A model generated the notes under the pieces. That model searched no databases. It saw nothing but the letters and a program-made list of their open reading frames with translations, and was not told the DNA's origin. The position numbers and the translations under genes were made by a program. From Bacteroidota bacterium (GTDB lineage: Bacteria > Bacteroidota > Bacteroidia > B-17B0 > Aurantibacillaceae), in the NCBI GenBank assembly GCA_963169295.1, contig CAUJDD010000104.1, forward strand, positions 1,085 through 65,084: a stretch of DNA of 64,000 nucleotides. The letters run 5' to 3'. Shown one piece after another: positions 22,050-30,256 of this stretch. The stretch's first letter is position 1. The number at the start of each line of letters is the position of its first letter.

Positions 22050-23114
22050 TTAAACGTTTTTATTTGAGGTAAAAACTCTAAAGCGCTCAATCACTTGTTG
22101 CATATCATCAGGTAATTCACTATTAAAAAATATAGGCTCCTTAGTAATTGGGTGTGTTATTCCCAATGTTTTAGCGTGAAGAGCTTGACGTGGTAAAATC
22201 TCAAAACAATTCTCGATAAACTGCTTATACTTATTACCATGTTGACCTTTTAGAATTTTATCGCCGCCATATTCATTATCATTAAATAAGGGATGACCAA
22301 TATGTTTCATGTGAACTCGTATTTGATGTGTTCTGCCGGTTTCTAATTTACATTCAACCACTGTTACATAACCAAATCGCTCTAATACTTTATAGTGTGT
22401 AATGGCATGTTTGCCGTGGTCGCTATTTGGGAATGTAGCCATTACTTTTCTGTTTTTTAAATCACGCGCTACATTCACATTAATGGTTCCTGCATCGTCT
22501 TTGACATCGCCCCACACAATAGCAATATATTTTCTATCTAAATTTCTATCAAAAAAATCTTTAGCTAATCGTGTCATAGCCAACTCTGTTTTAGCAATAA
22601 TAATAATACCTGATGTGTTTTTATCTATACGATGCACTAAGCCAGGGCGATTAATTTCTAAGTTATCGGCTAATTTTTGTTTAGAAGTAGGTAAATTATT
22701 AAAGCGATAAGCTAAGGCATTAACCAAAGTCCCAGTGTAATGTCCATAAGCTGGATGCACTACCATACCAGGTTCTTTATTCACTACACACACAAAATCA
22801 TCCTCATAAACTACATTGATTGGAATATCCTCAGCAACAATTTCAATTTCACGGGGCGGATTAGCCATTAAGATTGAAATTTCATCAAAGGGCTTAATTT
22901 TATAACTTGATTTAACTGGCTTTTTATTTACCAAGATGGTTTCTGCATCGCAGGCTTGTTGTAATTTAGTACGTGTTGCATTTTGAATACGAATCATTAA
23001 GTATTTATCAATTCGCATCATCTCTTGCCCCTTCTCTACAATAATATGATGGTGTTCATATAATTCCTTTTCATCCTCATTATGAGAACCTATCTCATCA
23101 ACATCATCTGTCAT
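22050..23114 (-). CDS. rluD: 23S rRNA pseudouridine synthase, RluD/RluA family
   Basis: An S4-like N-terminal region is followed by the catalytic motif GLVHRIDKNTSGIIIIAK and by GRTHQIRVHM. Confidence 0.9.
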   Translation of the reverse strand: MTDDVDEIGSHNEDEKELYEHHHIIVEKGQEMMRIDKYLMIRIQNATRTKLQQACDAETILVNKKPVKSSYKIKPFDEISILMANPPREIEIVAEDIPINVVYEDDFVCVVNKEPGMVVHPAYGHYTGTLVNALAYRFNNLPTSKQKLADNLEINRPGLVHRIDKNTSGIIIIAKTELAMTRLAKDFFDRNLDRKYIAIVWGDVKDDAGTINVNVARDLKNRKVMATFPNSDHGKHAITHYKVLERFGYVTVVECKLETGRTHQIRVHMKHIGHPLFNDNEYGGDKILKGQHGNKYKQFIENCFEILPRQALHAKTLGITHPITKEPIFFNSELPDDMQQVIERFRVFTSNKNV

Positions 23115-23115
23115 T

Positions 23116-25077
23116 TTATCTTGAGATAATTAGTTTTTGTGAACTAACGTTTATAGAACTTCCTTTAATTTGCACAAAATACACACCATTCTTTAAATTA
23201 GAAATAGGTATTATACTGTTTTGGTTAGTTAATTCTTCATTTAATACAATCTCCCCTAACACGTTTACAATTTGTACACTAGCCTGTTTTAATTCAGCTA
23301 TAAAAGGAGTATTAATATTTAGTAATTCATTAGCTGGGTTGGGATACATTGTGAATATTTCCTTTTGATGTTCTTTTATTCCAATGGTTAAATCGGCACA
23401 ACCCATTACTGGGTTAATCATTAAAGAACCATCAATAGAAGATTGTACCCAACTACCACTTACGTTATAATACAAAGCATCTTTATGATTTGTGTTTCTG
23501 TCAAATCCAATATTTAAACCTTGCGAGGTGGTTTGTATAAGTCCAATAAAATAAGTACCAGCCGAAAGAGGTAAACAAGAGGTAAGTTTATAATTAGCAA
23601 ATAAATTATACTCGCCCGATGTAAAAATTGGATTAGTAAGAGAATCTTTATAAATGACGTTTCCAGGTTTCCCGCTTCCATCTTGACTCCACACGGTTAT
23701 TCTAAACGAAGATCCTTGCACTAATCCGTTTTTAATAATAGGATCAAAATAAATTTTTACTGATTTTAAAGTGTCGTTATAATTCAAGGTAAAACGCATA
23801 GCTGTTTTAGCACCGTAGCTGTTTAAGTAATAAGCTTGTTCGGCACTACCATCATCGTAAGCATAATAATCATAAAATTTCTGAAGGTGTACTAATGTGT
23901 CGTTTTCTTTTCTAATATCGCCCGGCACATTGGTAATGGAGTGTTTGATGGAGAAATTAGTTGGTACACTTAGCGTGGATGTAAATGGATATAATGTAAA
24001 CACAGGACAGGCCGCTACACCATCGGTGCAATTAAAATAACCGTGATTTAAATAACTGTATGAGGGAATACCAGGGTTATTAATGGTAACATACACGTCT
24101 GTAGGAATGGTGTTCCCCGATTCATCTTTCACAGTGTAAGCATATTGCCCAGATAAGGCACCTGTGTTACTGCTTGATGTTCCTGGATTATTATTTCTAA
24201 TAAAGTTCTTAAACCCAGTTCCTTTTTCAGTAGCAGGATTATACTGGCGGTAAGGTATTGTAGAATAATTTTTTAAAAATGAAGTAGGCATATACGAAAA
24301 CGTAACATCTACTAACACCGTGTCATCATAAAAATATTGATCTTTTAACGTTACATAATCAATATGCCAATGGTCAACACTACCGCTGGTGGTGGCTTGA
24401 TTCCTGAATCGAAATTTAAATCCATCGTGAAAATAAGCGGTGTCTGTTACACCAACTCTCACTCTATAAAAAGTAGTATCGCTTGACGAAGGGTTGTAAC
24501 CAGCCTTTCCCCACACTTTTTTCCAAAGATTTAATAAGGGCATATAAAAATCCAAACATAAAGAGTCATCTGGTTCAGGAGCATCGCCAAATCCTTCGGC
24601 TTGATAGTAAAAGGTTAAAAATACACTATCCGATGGTTGATAATAATAAGTTGTAGAACTTGAAGTTTGAATAGAATACAAATTAATAGGCAATGAAGTA
24701 AGCGTATCTGCGGAGTACGACATTCCCTCGTTGGCCGAGAAATTATAAGGATAACCCAATTTATTAAGCCCCTCAAATGTTGCCACACCAAGGCTTATGG
24801 GTTGAATAGCAAAACCAGTATTAATATACACATTAGAATCTGCCCACAATGAGGCGCTTGGAAAAGGTGTTTTATAAGCATACGAAAAATCATCAAAAAA
24901 AGGCAGTTGTAATGATGTTGTAGTAGTTGTTTTTTGAGCTAATGTCTTGTCTAATTTTTGATTTTGTAGAATAGCATTTCCGCTTAATGGCACTAATTGT
25001 TCTTGAGCTATAAAGCCAAAAAAAGAAAACAACATGATACTTAATAAAACAGATCTTTTCAATTTATTCATACTCAT
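23116..25077 (-). CDS. Secreted protein of unknown function with a type-A T9SS C-terminal domain
   Basis: Has a signal peptide (LLSIMLFSFFGFIAQ). The C-terminus is FTMYPNPANELLNINT...GVYFVQIKGSSINVSSQKLIISR. The start overlaps the upstream PASTA gene stop by 4 nt. Confidence 0.75.
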   Translation of the reverse strand: MSMNKLKRSVLLSIMLFSFFGFIAQEQLVPLSGNAILQNQKLDKTLAQKTTTTTSLQLPFFDDFSYAYKTPFPSASLWADSNVYINTGFAIQPISLGVATFEGLNKLGYPYNFSANEGMSYSADTLTSLPINLYSIQTSSSTTYYYQPSDSVFLTFYYQAEGFGDAPEPDDSLCLDFYMPLLNLWKKVWGKAGYNPSSSDTTFYRVRVGVTDTAYFHDGFKFRFRNQATTSGSVDHWHIDYVTLKDQYFYDDTVLVDVTFSYMPTSFLKNYSTIPYRQYNPATEKGTGFKNFIRNNNPGTSSSNTGALSGQYAYTVKDESGNTIPTDVYVTINNPGIPSYSYLNHGYFNCTDGVAACPVFTLYPFTSTLSVPTNFSIKHSITNVPGDIRKENDTLVHLQKFYDYYAYDDGSAEQAYYLNSYGAKTAMRFTLNYNDTLKSVKIYFDPIIKNGLVQGSSFRITVWSQDGSGKPGNVIYKDSLTNPIFTSGEYNLFANYKLTSCLPLSAGTYFIGLIQTTSQGLNIGFDRNTNHKDALYYNVSGSWVQSSIDGSLMINPVMGCADLTIGIKEHQKEIFTMYPNPANELLNINTPFIAELKQASVQIVNVLGEIVLNEELTNQNSIIPISNLKNGVYFVQIKGSSINVSSQKLIISR

Positions 25078-25688
25078 TCATTAAAATCGTTAGCGTTTTC
25101 TTCGGTATTAGTACTATCAGCGCTTTCAGACACATAATATGTTTCTTTTTTACCAATTACCAAATCTATCTTACTTCCCTTTTTTATTGGATCTCCAGGT
25201 GCTATTTCTTTACCTTCATACAATTGTTTTAAAACACATCCACTACAATCTCCTGTTACTTCGGTTATTTTTCCTTGTTTTAAGCCATAACTCTCAATCA
25301 TCGAAATGGCTTGTCGAGTACTTCTATCCACCAATTTGGGCATAGCCATTTGTGGTGGTTGTGTACTAGTAACGTATAAATAAATAACTCTATTGTGTTT
25401 AACAGCAGATTTTGGTTCAGGATCTTGTTTTATAACAATTCCTGGTTTTTCCTCTGGATTATATAAACTATCAATAATTAAATAACCAATATGCTTTCCC
25501 TCAACAAACTGATTAAGTTCTGATATTTTTTTACCCGTAAAATCAGGCACTATAGCCACTTCGCCATGATGGGTATATACATCCAACAACTTAAACAAAA
25601 TCCAAAGTACTATCATTAAACATAATCCAGAAATGATTAAATGTTTTAAAAAAGTTTTTGAAATTAAATAAGCAAAAAAATCCTTCAT
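25074..25688 (-). CDS. Membrane-anchored protein with PASTA domains
   Basis: An N-terminal TM helix is followed by two PASTA-like units (VPDFTGKKISEL... and MPKLVDRSTRQAISMIESYGLK...). Confidence 0.8.
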   Translation of the reverse strand: MKDFFAYLISKTFLKHLIISGLCLMIVLWILFKLLDVYTHHGEVAIVPDFTGKKISELNQFVEGKHIGYLIIDSLYNPEEKPGIVIKQDPEPKSAVKHNRVIYLYVTSTQPPQMAMPKLVDRSTRQAISMIESYGLKQGKITEVTGDCSGCVLKQLYEGKEIAPGDPIKKGSKIDLVIGKKETYYVSESADSTNTEENANDFNE

Positions 25689-25765
25689 AATTATTTATGA
25701 AGTGCTAATATACTGCCTTTAATTCACATTTCAAGCATGGAAATATAAAATTAAGCAAGGTTGTG

Positions 25766-25954
25766 TTAGAGCCCCAAATGTTCCTTTAATTTAGTGTAAG
25801 ATGCCCGACTTAATGGTATTTTTTTGCCATTTTTTAGTAAAACCACATAGCTATTCTTTTCAAGCGGTTCTATTTTTGTAAGCTCTTGTAGGTTAATAAT
25901 AAATGAGCGGTGGGTTCTAAAAAATTTACTACTATCCATATATCTCAGTAGCAT
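25766..25954 (-). pseudogene. Remnant of a LytTR-family DNA-binding response regulator (only the C-terminal half of the LytTR domain)
   Basis: FFRTHRSFIINLQELTKIEP....VVLLKNGKKIPLSRASYTKLKEHL is the conserved C-terminal part of a LytTR domain. An in-frame TAG lies 6 codons upstream of the M, and I saw no receiver domain or first half of LytTR upstream. Confidence 0.7.
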
Positions 25955-26132
25955 TCTTTGAAAAAATATATCCTACCACGATTTTGCTCTAGCTACGAAT
26001 AGGATTCTAACAGATTTTTTCAATAAAACTCAACTTTATGAAACCCAATTAATAAAAAATAATGAGGGAAGACTAATTCTTCAAGGCATCTGTGATACAA
26101 TACAAATAAATCAAAACCGACTTAAACCCAAA

Positions 26133-26519
26133 TTATTTCCTATTTAGCATTAATTCCAAAACAGAAATACGTTTATCTTTTTCGAGCAATAATTTTTCGT
26201 AAAGTTCTTTTAATAATTTTACTTCGGTTTGATGGTATATGGTGTTTTCATATTTGCCTCCCTGCTGGTTGTTGCCGTTATTAAAAATAATAGTTGCATC
26301 AAAACCTAATATTTCCTGAGGCGTAACCGCTAATATTTTACTTATCTCATTTAATCTATTAATAGTTAGTTGTGTTTCGCCACTTTCTATTTTACTATAG
26401 GCGCGTGTAGATAATCCAAGCTCCTGCGCCATATATTCTTGCGATAAATTTTTTAATTCTCTTATCTGCCTAATTTTTTCGTTTAAATTTTCTATCATCA
26501 TTTTACCTAAATAGTTCAA
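26133..26519 (-). CDS. XRE-family helix-turn-helix transcriptional regulator
   Basis: IRQIRELKNLSQEYMAQELGLSTRAYSKIESGETQLTINRLNEISKIL is a canonical HTH_3 motif. The C-terminus has coiled-coil character. The true start may be the internal MIENL. It is divergent from the precursor-peptide gene. Confidence 0.88.
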   Translation of the reverse strand: MNYLGKMMIENLNEKIRQIRELKNLSQEYMAQELGLSTRAYSKIESGETQLTINRLNEISKILAVTPQEILGFDATIIFNNGNNQQGGKYENTIYHQTEVKLLKELYEKLLLEKDKRISVLELMLNRK

Positions 26520-26599
26520 AAATAGTAAAAATAATTCAATATTTGAACTTAAAAATATATAATCTAATCAATTAAAAAATAAATTTGTTTTAGTTAGTT

Positions 26600-26621
26600 T
26601 TGTAATACTGCGCAGTTACAA
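26600..26621. promoter_or_regulatory. Imperfect inverted repeat (candidate operator) in the divergent XRE / precursor intergenic region
   Basis: The sequence is TTGTAA-ta-CTGC|GCAG-TTACAA. The core CTGCGCAG is a perfect palindrome flanked by 6-nt inverted arms with a 2-nt bulge, and it is GC-richer than its surroundings. A TAGTTTTG (TAnnTTTG-like -7 box) lies just upstream at about 26596-26603. Confidence 0.3.
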
Positions 26622-26684
26622 TTTTACGGGCGGAAACGAAAAGCCTGCGAATGCTATGAGTAGTAAAAATTTAACATAATTAAA

Positions 26685-26903
26685 ATGAGAAAATTTAAAA
26701 GATTAACTTTGGACCTGTTCAAAGGTTATGAATTAAAAAAAGAAAGCCATAATATGGTTTTAGGTGGTACTCAAGTGATGACTGGTAAGCCAGGAGGATG
26801 TCAATTACCAGACACTGCTGATGACAAAAGTAAAACCCCGAATGGCGGTGGCCCGGGCATACCTACATGGCCCAAAGAAGATATTACTGTGAATAGTAAG
26901 TAA
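26685..26903 (+). CDS. RiPP precursor peptide with a double-glycine (GG) leader
   Basis: 72 aa in total. The leader MRKFKRLTLDLFKGYELKKESHNMVLGG has Leu at -12, Val at -4 and GG at -2/-1. The 44-aa core TQVMTGKPGGCQLPDTADDKSKTPNGGGPGIPTWPKEDITVNSK is rich in Thr/Ser, Asp/Glu, Lys and Gly/Pro. It lies directly upstream of maturases and a C39 exporter. Confidence 0.8.
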   Translation: MRKFKRLTLDLFKGYELKKESHNMVLGGTQVMTGKPGGCQLPDTADDKSKTPNGGGPGIPTWPKEDITVNSK

Positions 26904-26928
26904 TGTTATTGTTGAATCCTAAATATAT

Positions 26929-26970
26929 AAAACTAAGTAGTAAATTAATGCGTTTACTGCTTAGTTTTTT
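26929..26970 (+). terminator. Strong hairpin with T-run (intrinsic terminator or attenuator) between the precursor gene and the maturase genes
   Basis: A 16-bp stem AAAACTAAGTAGTAAA / TTTACTGCTTAGTTTT with one G-U wobble, an 8-nt loop TTAATGCG, and a following TT that extends the T-run. The next ATG is at 26977. Confidence 0.75.
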
Positions 26971-26976
26971 ATGTAA

Positions 26977-27966
26977 ATGAAAAAAGCCGTCATATTTATT
27001 TATCTATGTTTTACTATAAAAAATTGTATAGCACAATTTGATAGTACTCATTATTACCTTAATTCATTACAATACAAAAAAAGTATAAATTACTTAAAAA
27101 GGGAAATTAAAAAAAACGCTTATATCAAGTATAAAAATGGCAATACAACCGCCAAAGATGTTGACGAGATTAATTTAGCTTGCATATATTCATTAAATAA
27201 TGAATATGATAACTGTTTAAAACAATTAAACACATTTGTTAAAAGTAAAACTAATAAAGATGGGTTTTATATTCCTAATAAATGGAGCAACTATGATTAT
27301 TATATTTCTTTCTACACTGATCCAGATTTTTATAGAGTCTCTGTGGCACGTCCAAATGAATGGAAATCTTTTCTAGTTAAGCATAAACATAAGTGTGAGA
27401 TAACGGATACGTTTTTTAGAAAATTAAATATTCCAGATAGCATTTATACTGCTTTAATTCAAATAGGCATAAACGACCAAGCTCATTATCGTGAGATATT
27501 ATTTTATGAAGATAAATATGGTTCACAATCGTCAACAGCTTTAAAATTATGGAAAGAGAAGGATAGTTTAAATAAAGCAAATTTGAAAACTGTTATGTAT
27601 TATTTAGATAGTGGCTATAATGTTTTATCTGATTCGGTAGTTGGTAACTTTTCAAATAAATGTTTTTTAGTTATACAACATGCCGACTTGAAAACACAAG
27701 AAAAAATATTACCTCTAATAAAAAAATTATATGAACAAAAAAAGATACAAGGTAGTAACTATGCGCTGCTTTTTGATAGAATATCAGTTGATAAAAATAA
27801 TGGTACGCAGTTTTATGGTACCCAAATAAACAGTAAAACCAATCAACCATTTTTTATTAAAGATGAAGTAAATGTAGATAAACGGCGTGCAGAATTTGGA
27901 ATGGAATCTATGGCTGATTACTGTAAACGATTTAATATAATTTATAAGCCAAAAAAAACAAAGTGA
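26977..27966 (+). CDS. Secreted protein of unknown function (DUF6624-like C-terminal region)
   Basis: Has the signal peptide MKKAVIFIYLCFTIKNCIAQ. The C-terminal block CFLVIQHADLKTQEKILPLIKKLYEQKKIQGSNYALLFDRISVDKNNGTQFYGTQ resembles what I remember of DUF6624 proteins, but this was not verified. Confidence 0.55.
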   Translation: MKKAVIFIYLCFTIKNCIAQFDSTHYYLNSLQYKKSINYLKREIKKNAYIKYKNGNTTAKDVDEINLACIYSLNNEYDNCLKQLNTFVKSKTNKDGFYIPNKWSNYDYYISFYTDPDFYRVSVARPNEWKSFLVKHKHKCEITDTFFRKLNIPDSIYTALIQIGINDQAHYREILFYEDKYGSQSSTALKLWKEKDSLNKANLKTVMYYLDSGYNVLSDSVVGNFSNKCFLVIQHADLKTQEKILPLIKKLYEQKKIQGSNYALLFDRISVDKNNGTQFYGTQINSKTNQPFFIKDEVNVDKRRAEFGMESMADYCKRFNIIYKPKKTK

Positions 27967-28925
27967 TCCTAATACTTTCAACAGAGAAAGAACTCTTAAC
28001 TCAAAACGTAATAAATTGGCTTCTATATTATAATATAGAATTCAAACGATTTAATGATGGCGATATAACAAATCCTGAGATTAATATTTCAAATAATACA
28101 ATTAAGATAAATTTCATCGATCAGAATGAATGTAGTATCGATTCATTAACAAAATATTGGTATAGAAGAGGATATTTAGACTTTACCAATAGCTTACTAA
28201 TTGGTGATAACGATATGATTATTGAAATAAATAAACACAAAACCGATAATGATAATGACATTATTAATTATATACATTATTATCTGCAAACAAATGTCAG
28301 CAACGTAAATAGTTTTAATGATAATTCTTTAAATAAATTAACTGAACTTACTGTGGCGCGGAAATTAGGAATTAAAATCCCCGATACTTTAATAACCACT
28401 AATAAAAATTCAGTTCTATCTTTTATAATTAAACATAAAAAAGTTATTACAAAACCAATAAAAAGGGCATTAAATTTTAAAATTGAAGGGGTGAATTTTT
28501 ATACTGAAACACATTTACTAACAGCTAACGATGTAATGAATTATCCTAATAACTTCTCGCCTATTAAACTACAAAATTATATTGAAAAAGCATTTGAATT
28601 AAGAGTGTTTTATTTAGATGGAGTATTTTACTCCTCAGCAATTTTTTCACAGAATGATGAACAAACAAAAATTGATTTTAGAAATTATAATGAATCGAAT
28701 CCAAATAGAGTCTTACCGTTTAATATGCCAAAAACTGAAGAAGCAAAATTTAGAAAGTTGATGAAAGCATTAAACCTTAATTCAGGCTCATTAGATATTA
28801 TTGTAACCAAGGATGGTGAATATGTCTTTTTAGAAGTAAATCCAGTAGGTCAATTTACTCAAGTTTCTTTTCCGTGCAATTATTATTTAGAAAAACAAAT
28901 GGCAATAAGCCTATCAAAACGATAA
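27963..28925 (+). CDS. ATP-grasp peptide maturase (RimK/MvdC-D-like; grasp-with-SPASM system type)
   Basis: GTG start overlapping the upstream stop. ATP-grasp blocks are NKLTELTVARKLGIKIPDTLIT, VITKPI, ELRVFYLDG, IDFRNY and GSLDIIVTKDGEYVFLEVNPVGQF. Confidence 0.82.
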   Translation: MILILSTEKELLTQNVINWLLYYNIEFKRFNDGDITNPEINISNNTIKINFIDQNECSIDSLTKYWYRRGYLDFTNSLLIGDNDMIIEINKHKTDNDNDIINYIHYYLQTNVSNVNSFNDNSLNKLTELTVARKLGIKIPDTLITTNKNSVLSFIIKHKKVITKPIKRALNFKIEGVNFYTETHLLTANDVMNYPNNFSPIKLQNYIEKAFELRVFYLDGVFYSSAIFSQNDEQTKIDFRNYNESNPNRVLPFNMPKTEEAKFRKLMKALNLNSGSLDIIVTKDGEYVFLEVNPVGQFTQVSFPCNYYLEKQMAISLSKR

Positions 28926-28926
28926 T

Positions 28927-29133
28927 ATGGAACCGTATAAACTAATAGAGCAAGCATCGTTGAATCAAATAAACAAACTACCTATTACTTACAAAAAAAT
29001 GGCAAGTTCAACCGATTTGAATTCACCAATAAGTATCATATCTGATACAATATTTGTAAAAAGTACAAGACATCAAACGCCTTTTTTTGGAGGAATTCGA
29101 TTTTACAAAAACATTGAAATATTCATAATCTAA
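28927..29133 (+). CDS. 68-aa hypothetical protein embedded between the two maturase genes
   Basis: The ORF fills the ATP-grasp/SPASM gap exactly, with a 1-nt spacer on each side, suggesting translational coupling. I recognised no motif. Confidence 0.5.
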   Translation: MEPYKLIEQASLNQINKLPITYKKMASSTDLNSPISIISDTIFVKSTRHQTPFFGGIRFYKNIEIFII

Positions 29134-29134
29134 A

Positions 29135-30256
29135 ATGATAAATAAAAATTATTGTGTAACAACAACTTGCTTTCCTATTAAAGGTTTTCTAAGAACTGCT
29201 ATATATGATTTGCCAAAAGCTACTTATGAATTTGTACCTAATGCGGTTCATGATTTTTTGAGACTACTCTCACAAAAATCATTTTCTCAAATCTATAGAA
29301 ATACTACTGAAGAGAATAAAACATATTTAAGTGAATATTTTCAATATTGCCTAGAGAAAGAATATATATTAGAAATCCCTAATGAGATTAATAAAAAACA
29401 TTTTCCAAAACTAAATTTAAATTTTGAGTTTCCAAGTATAATATCCAATTTAGTTATAAGAGTTAATAAAGATCTTGATTTTGAAAAGATTAAAGATATA
29501 CTTGTTTCTTTAAAATGTTTTAATATTCAATTAATAACTGACTCTACATTTGATATAAATAAAATTGAACAATACTTAGATGTAATTAAAGACATTGGTC
29601 TACATTCTATTGAACTTATAGTGGCATATAGCCCTGGTATTAACTATGAATTATTAACTAACAAATATAAAAACATTGCGTTTATCTTTATTTATTCTGC
29701 ACCTGTTAACAAATTTATTAAAAGACATGTTTTAGGTTTACAACAAATATTTACTTCAAAAAACAAGTTTGAAATCACTCATATTAAATCGTTAGATTTT
29801 TTTAACGTAAATATAACTTTGTTTACAGAATCACAACTACATAATACATATTTTAATCGTAAACTATTCATAGGAGATAAGGGGGAAATTAAAAATTCGA
29901 TAGAGTCACCGACAGAATTTGGAAATATAAATAATCTAAAGCAACCCGACGATATCTTAAAAATTATAAATTCGATTGAATTTCAAAAATATTGGTTTAT
30001 ACATAAAGGTATAATAGATGTATGTAAACAATGTGAGTTTCGGTATATGTGTGTTGATAATAGAATACCGTTACAACGCAACGAAAAAGAATGGTATTTC
30101 GATACAGAATGTAATTATAACCCCTATATTGCGAAATGGCGTGGCGAAAAAGGATACAAGACTTTATCAGAATGTGGTGTTACATCAAACCAAGAGGGCT
30201 TTAAGTTAAATCGCAAAAAAATAAACACAATAAATAAAGAATTGTGGGGCGATTAA
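29135..30256 (+). CDS. SPASM/twitch-like domain peptide maturase lacking the canonical radical-SAM CxxxCxxC motif
   Basis: The C-terminal Cys cluster is G-IIDV-C-KQ-C-EFRYM-C, then 19 residues to a Cys, then 20 residues to another Cys. The N-terminus has only C7 and C12 (CVTTTC), and no CxxxCxxC occurs anywhere in the 373 aa. Confidence 0.7.
   Translation: MINKNYCVTTTCFPIKGFLRTAIYDLPKATYEFVPNAVHDFLRLLSQKSFSQIYRNTTEENKTYLSEYFQYCLEKEYILEIPNEINKKHFPKLNLNFEFPSIISNLVIRVNKDLDFEKIKDILVSLKCFNIQLITDSTFDINKIEQYLDVIKDIGLHSIELIVAYSPGINYELLTNKYKNIAFIFIYSAPVNKFIKRHVLGLQQIFTSKNKFEITHIKSLDFFNVNITLFTESQLHNTYFNRKLFIGDKGEIKNSIESPTEFGNINNLKQPDDILKIINSIEFQKYWFIHKGIIDVCKQCEFRYMCVDNRIPLQRNEKEWYFDTECNYNPYIAKWRGEKGYKTLSECGVTSNQEGFKLNRKKINTINKELWGD

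Noticed and set aside
23116-25688. A T9SS cargo gene lying between the PASTA-domain gene and rluD, considered as a possible insertion
   Set aside because: The junctions are tight (a 4-nt overlap and a 1-nt gap). There are no flanking repeats, no mobility genes and no visible compositional change, so there is no evidence of recent insertion.
26793-26801. The second Gly-Gly (G37-G38, followed by Cys39) in the precursor, considered as the leader cleavage site
   Set aside because: The hydrophobic spacing expected for C39 recognition (-4, -12) fits G27-G28 better. G37-G38 sits in a Pro/Gly-rich segment with no helical leader context. I have kept it as an alternative to test, not as a call.
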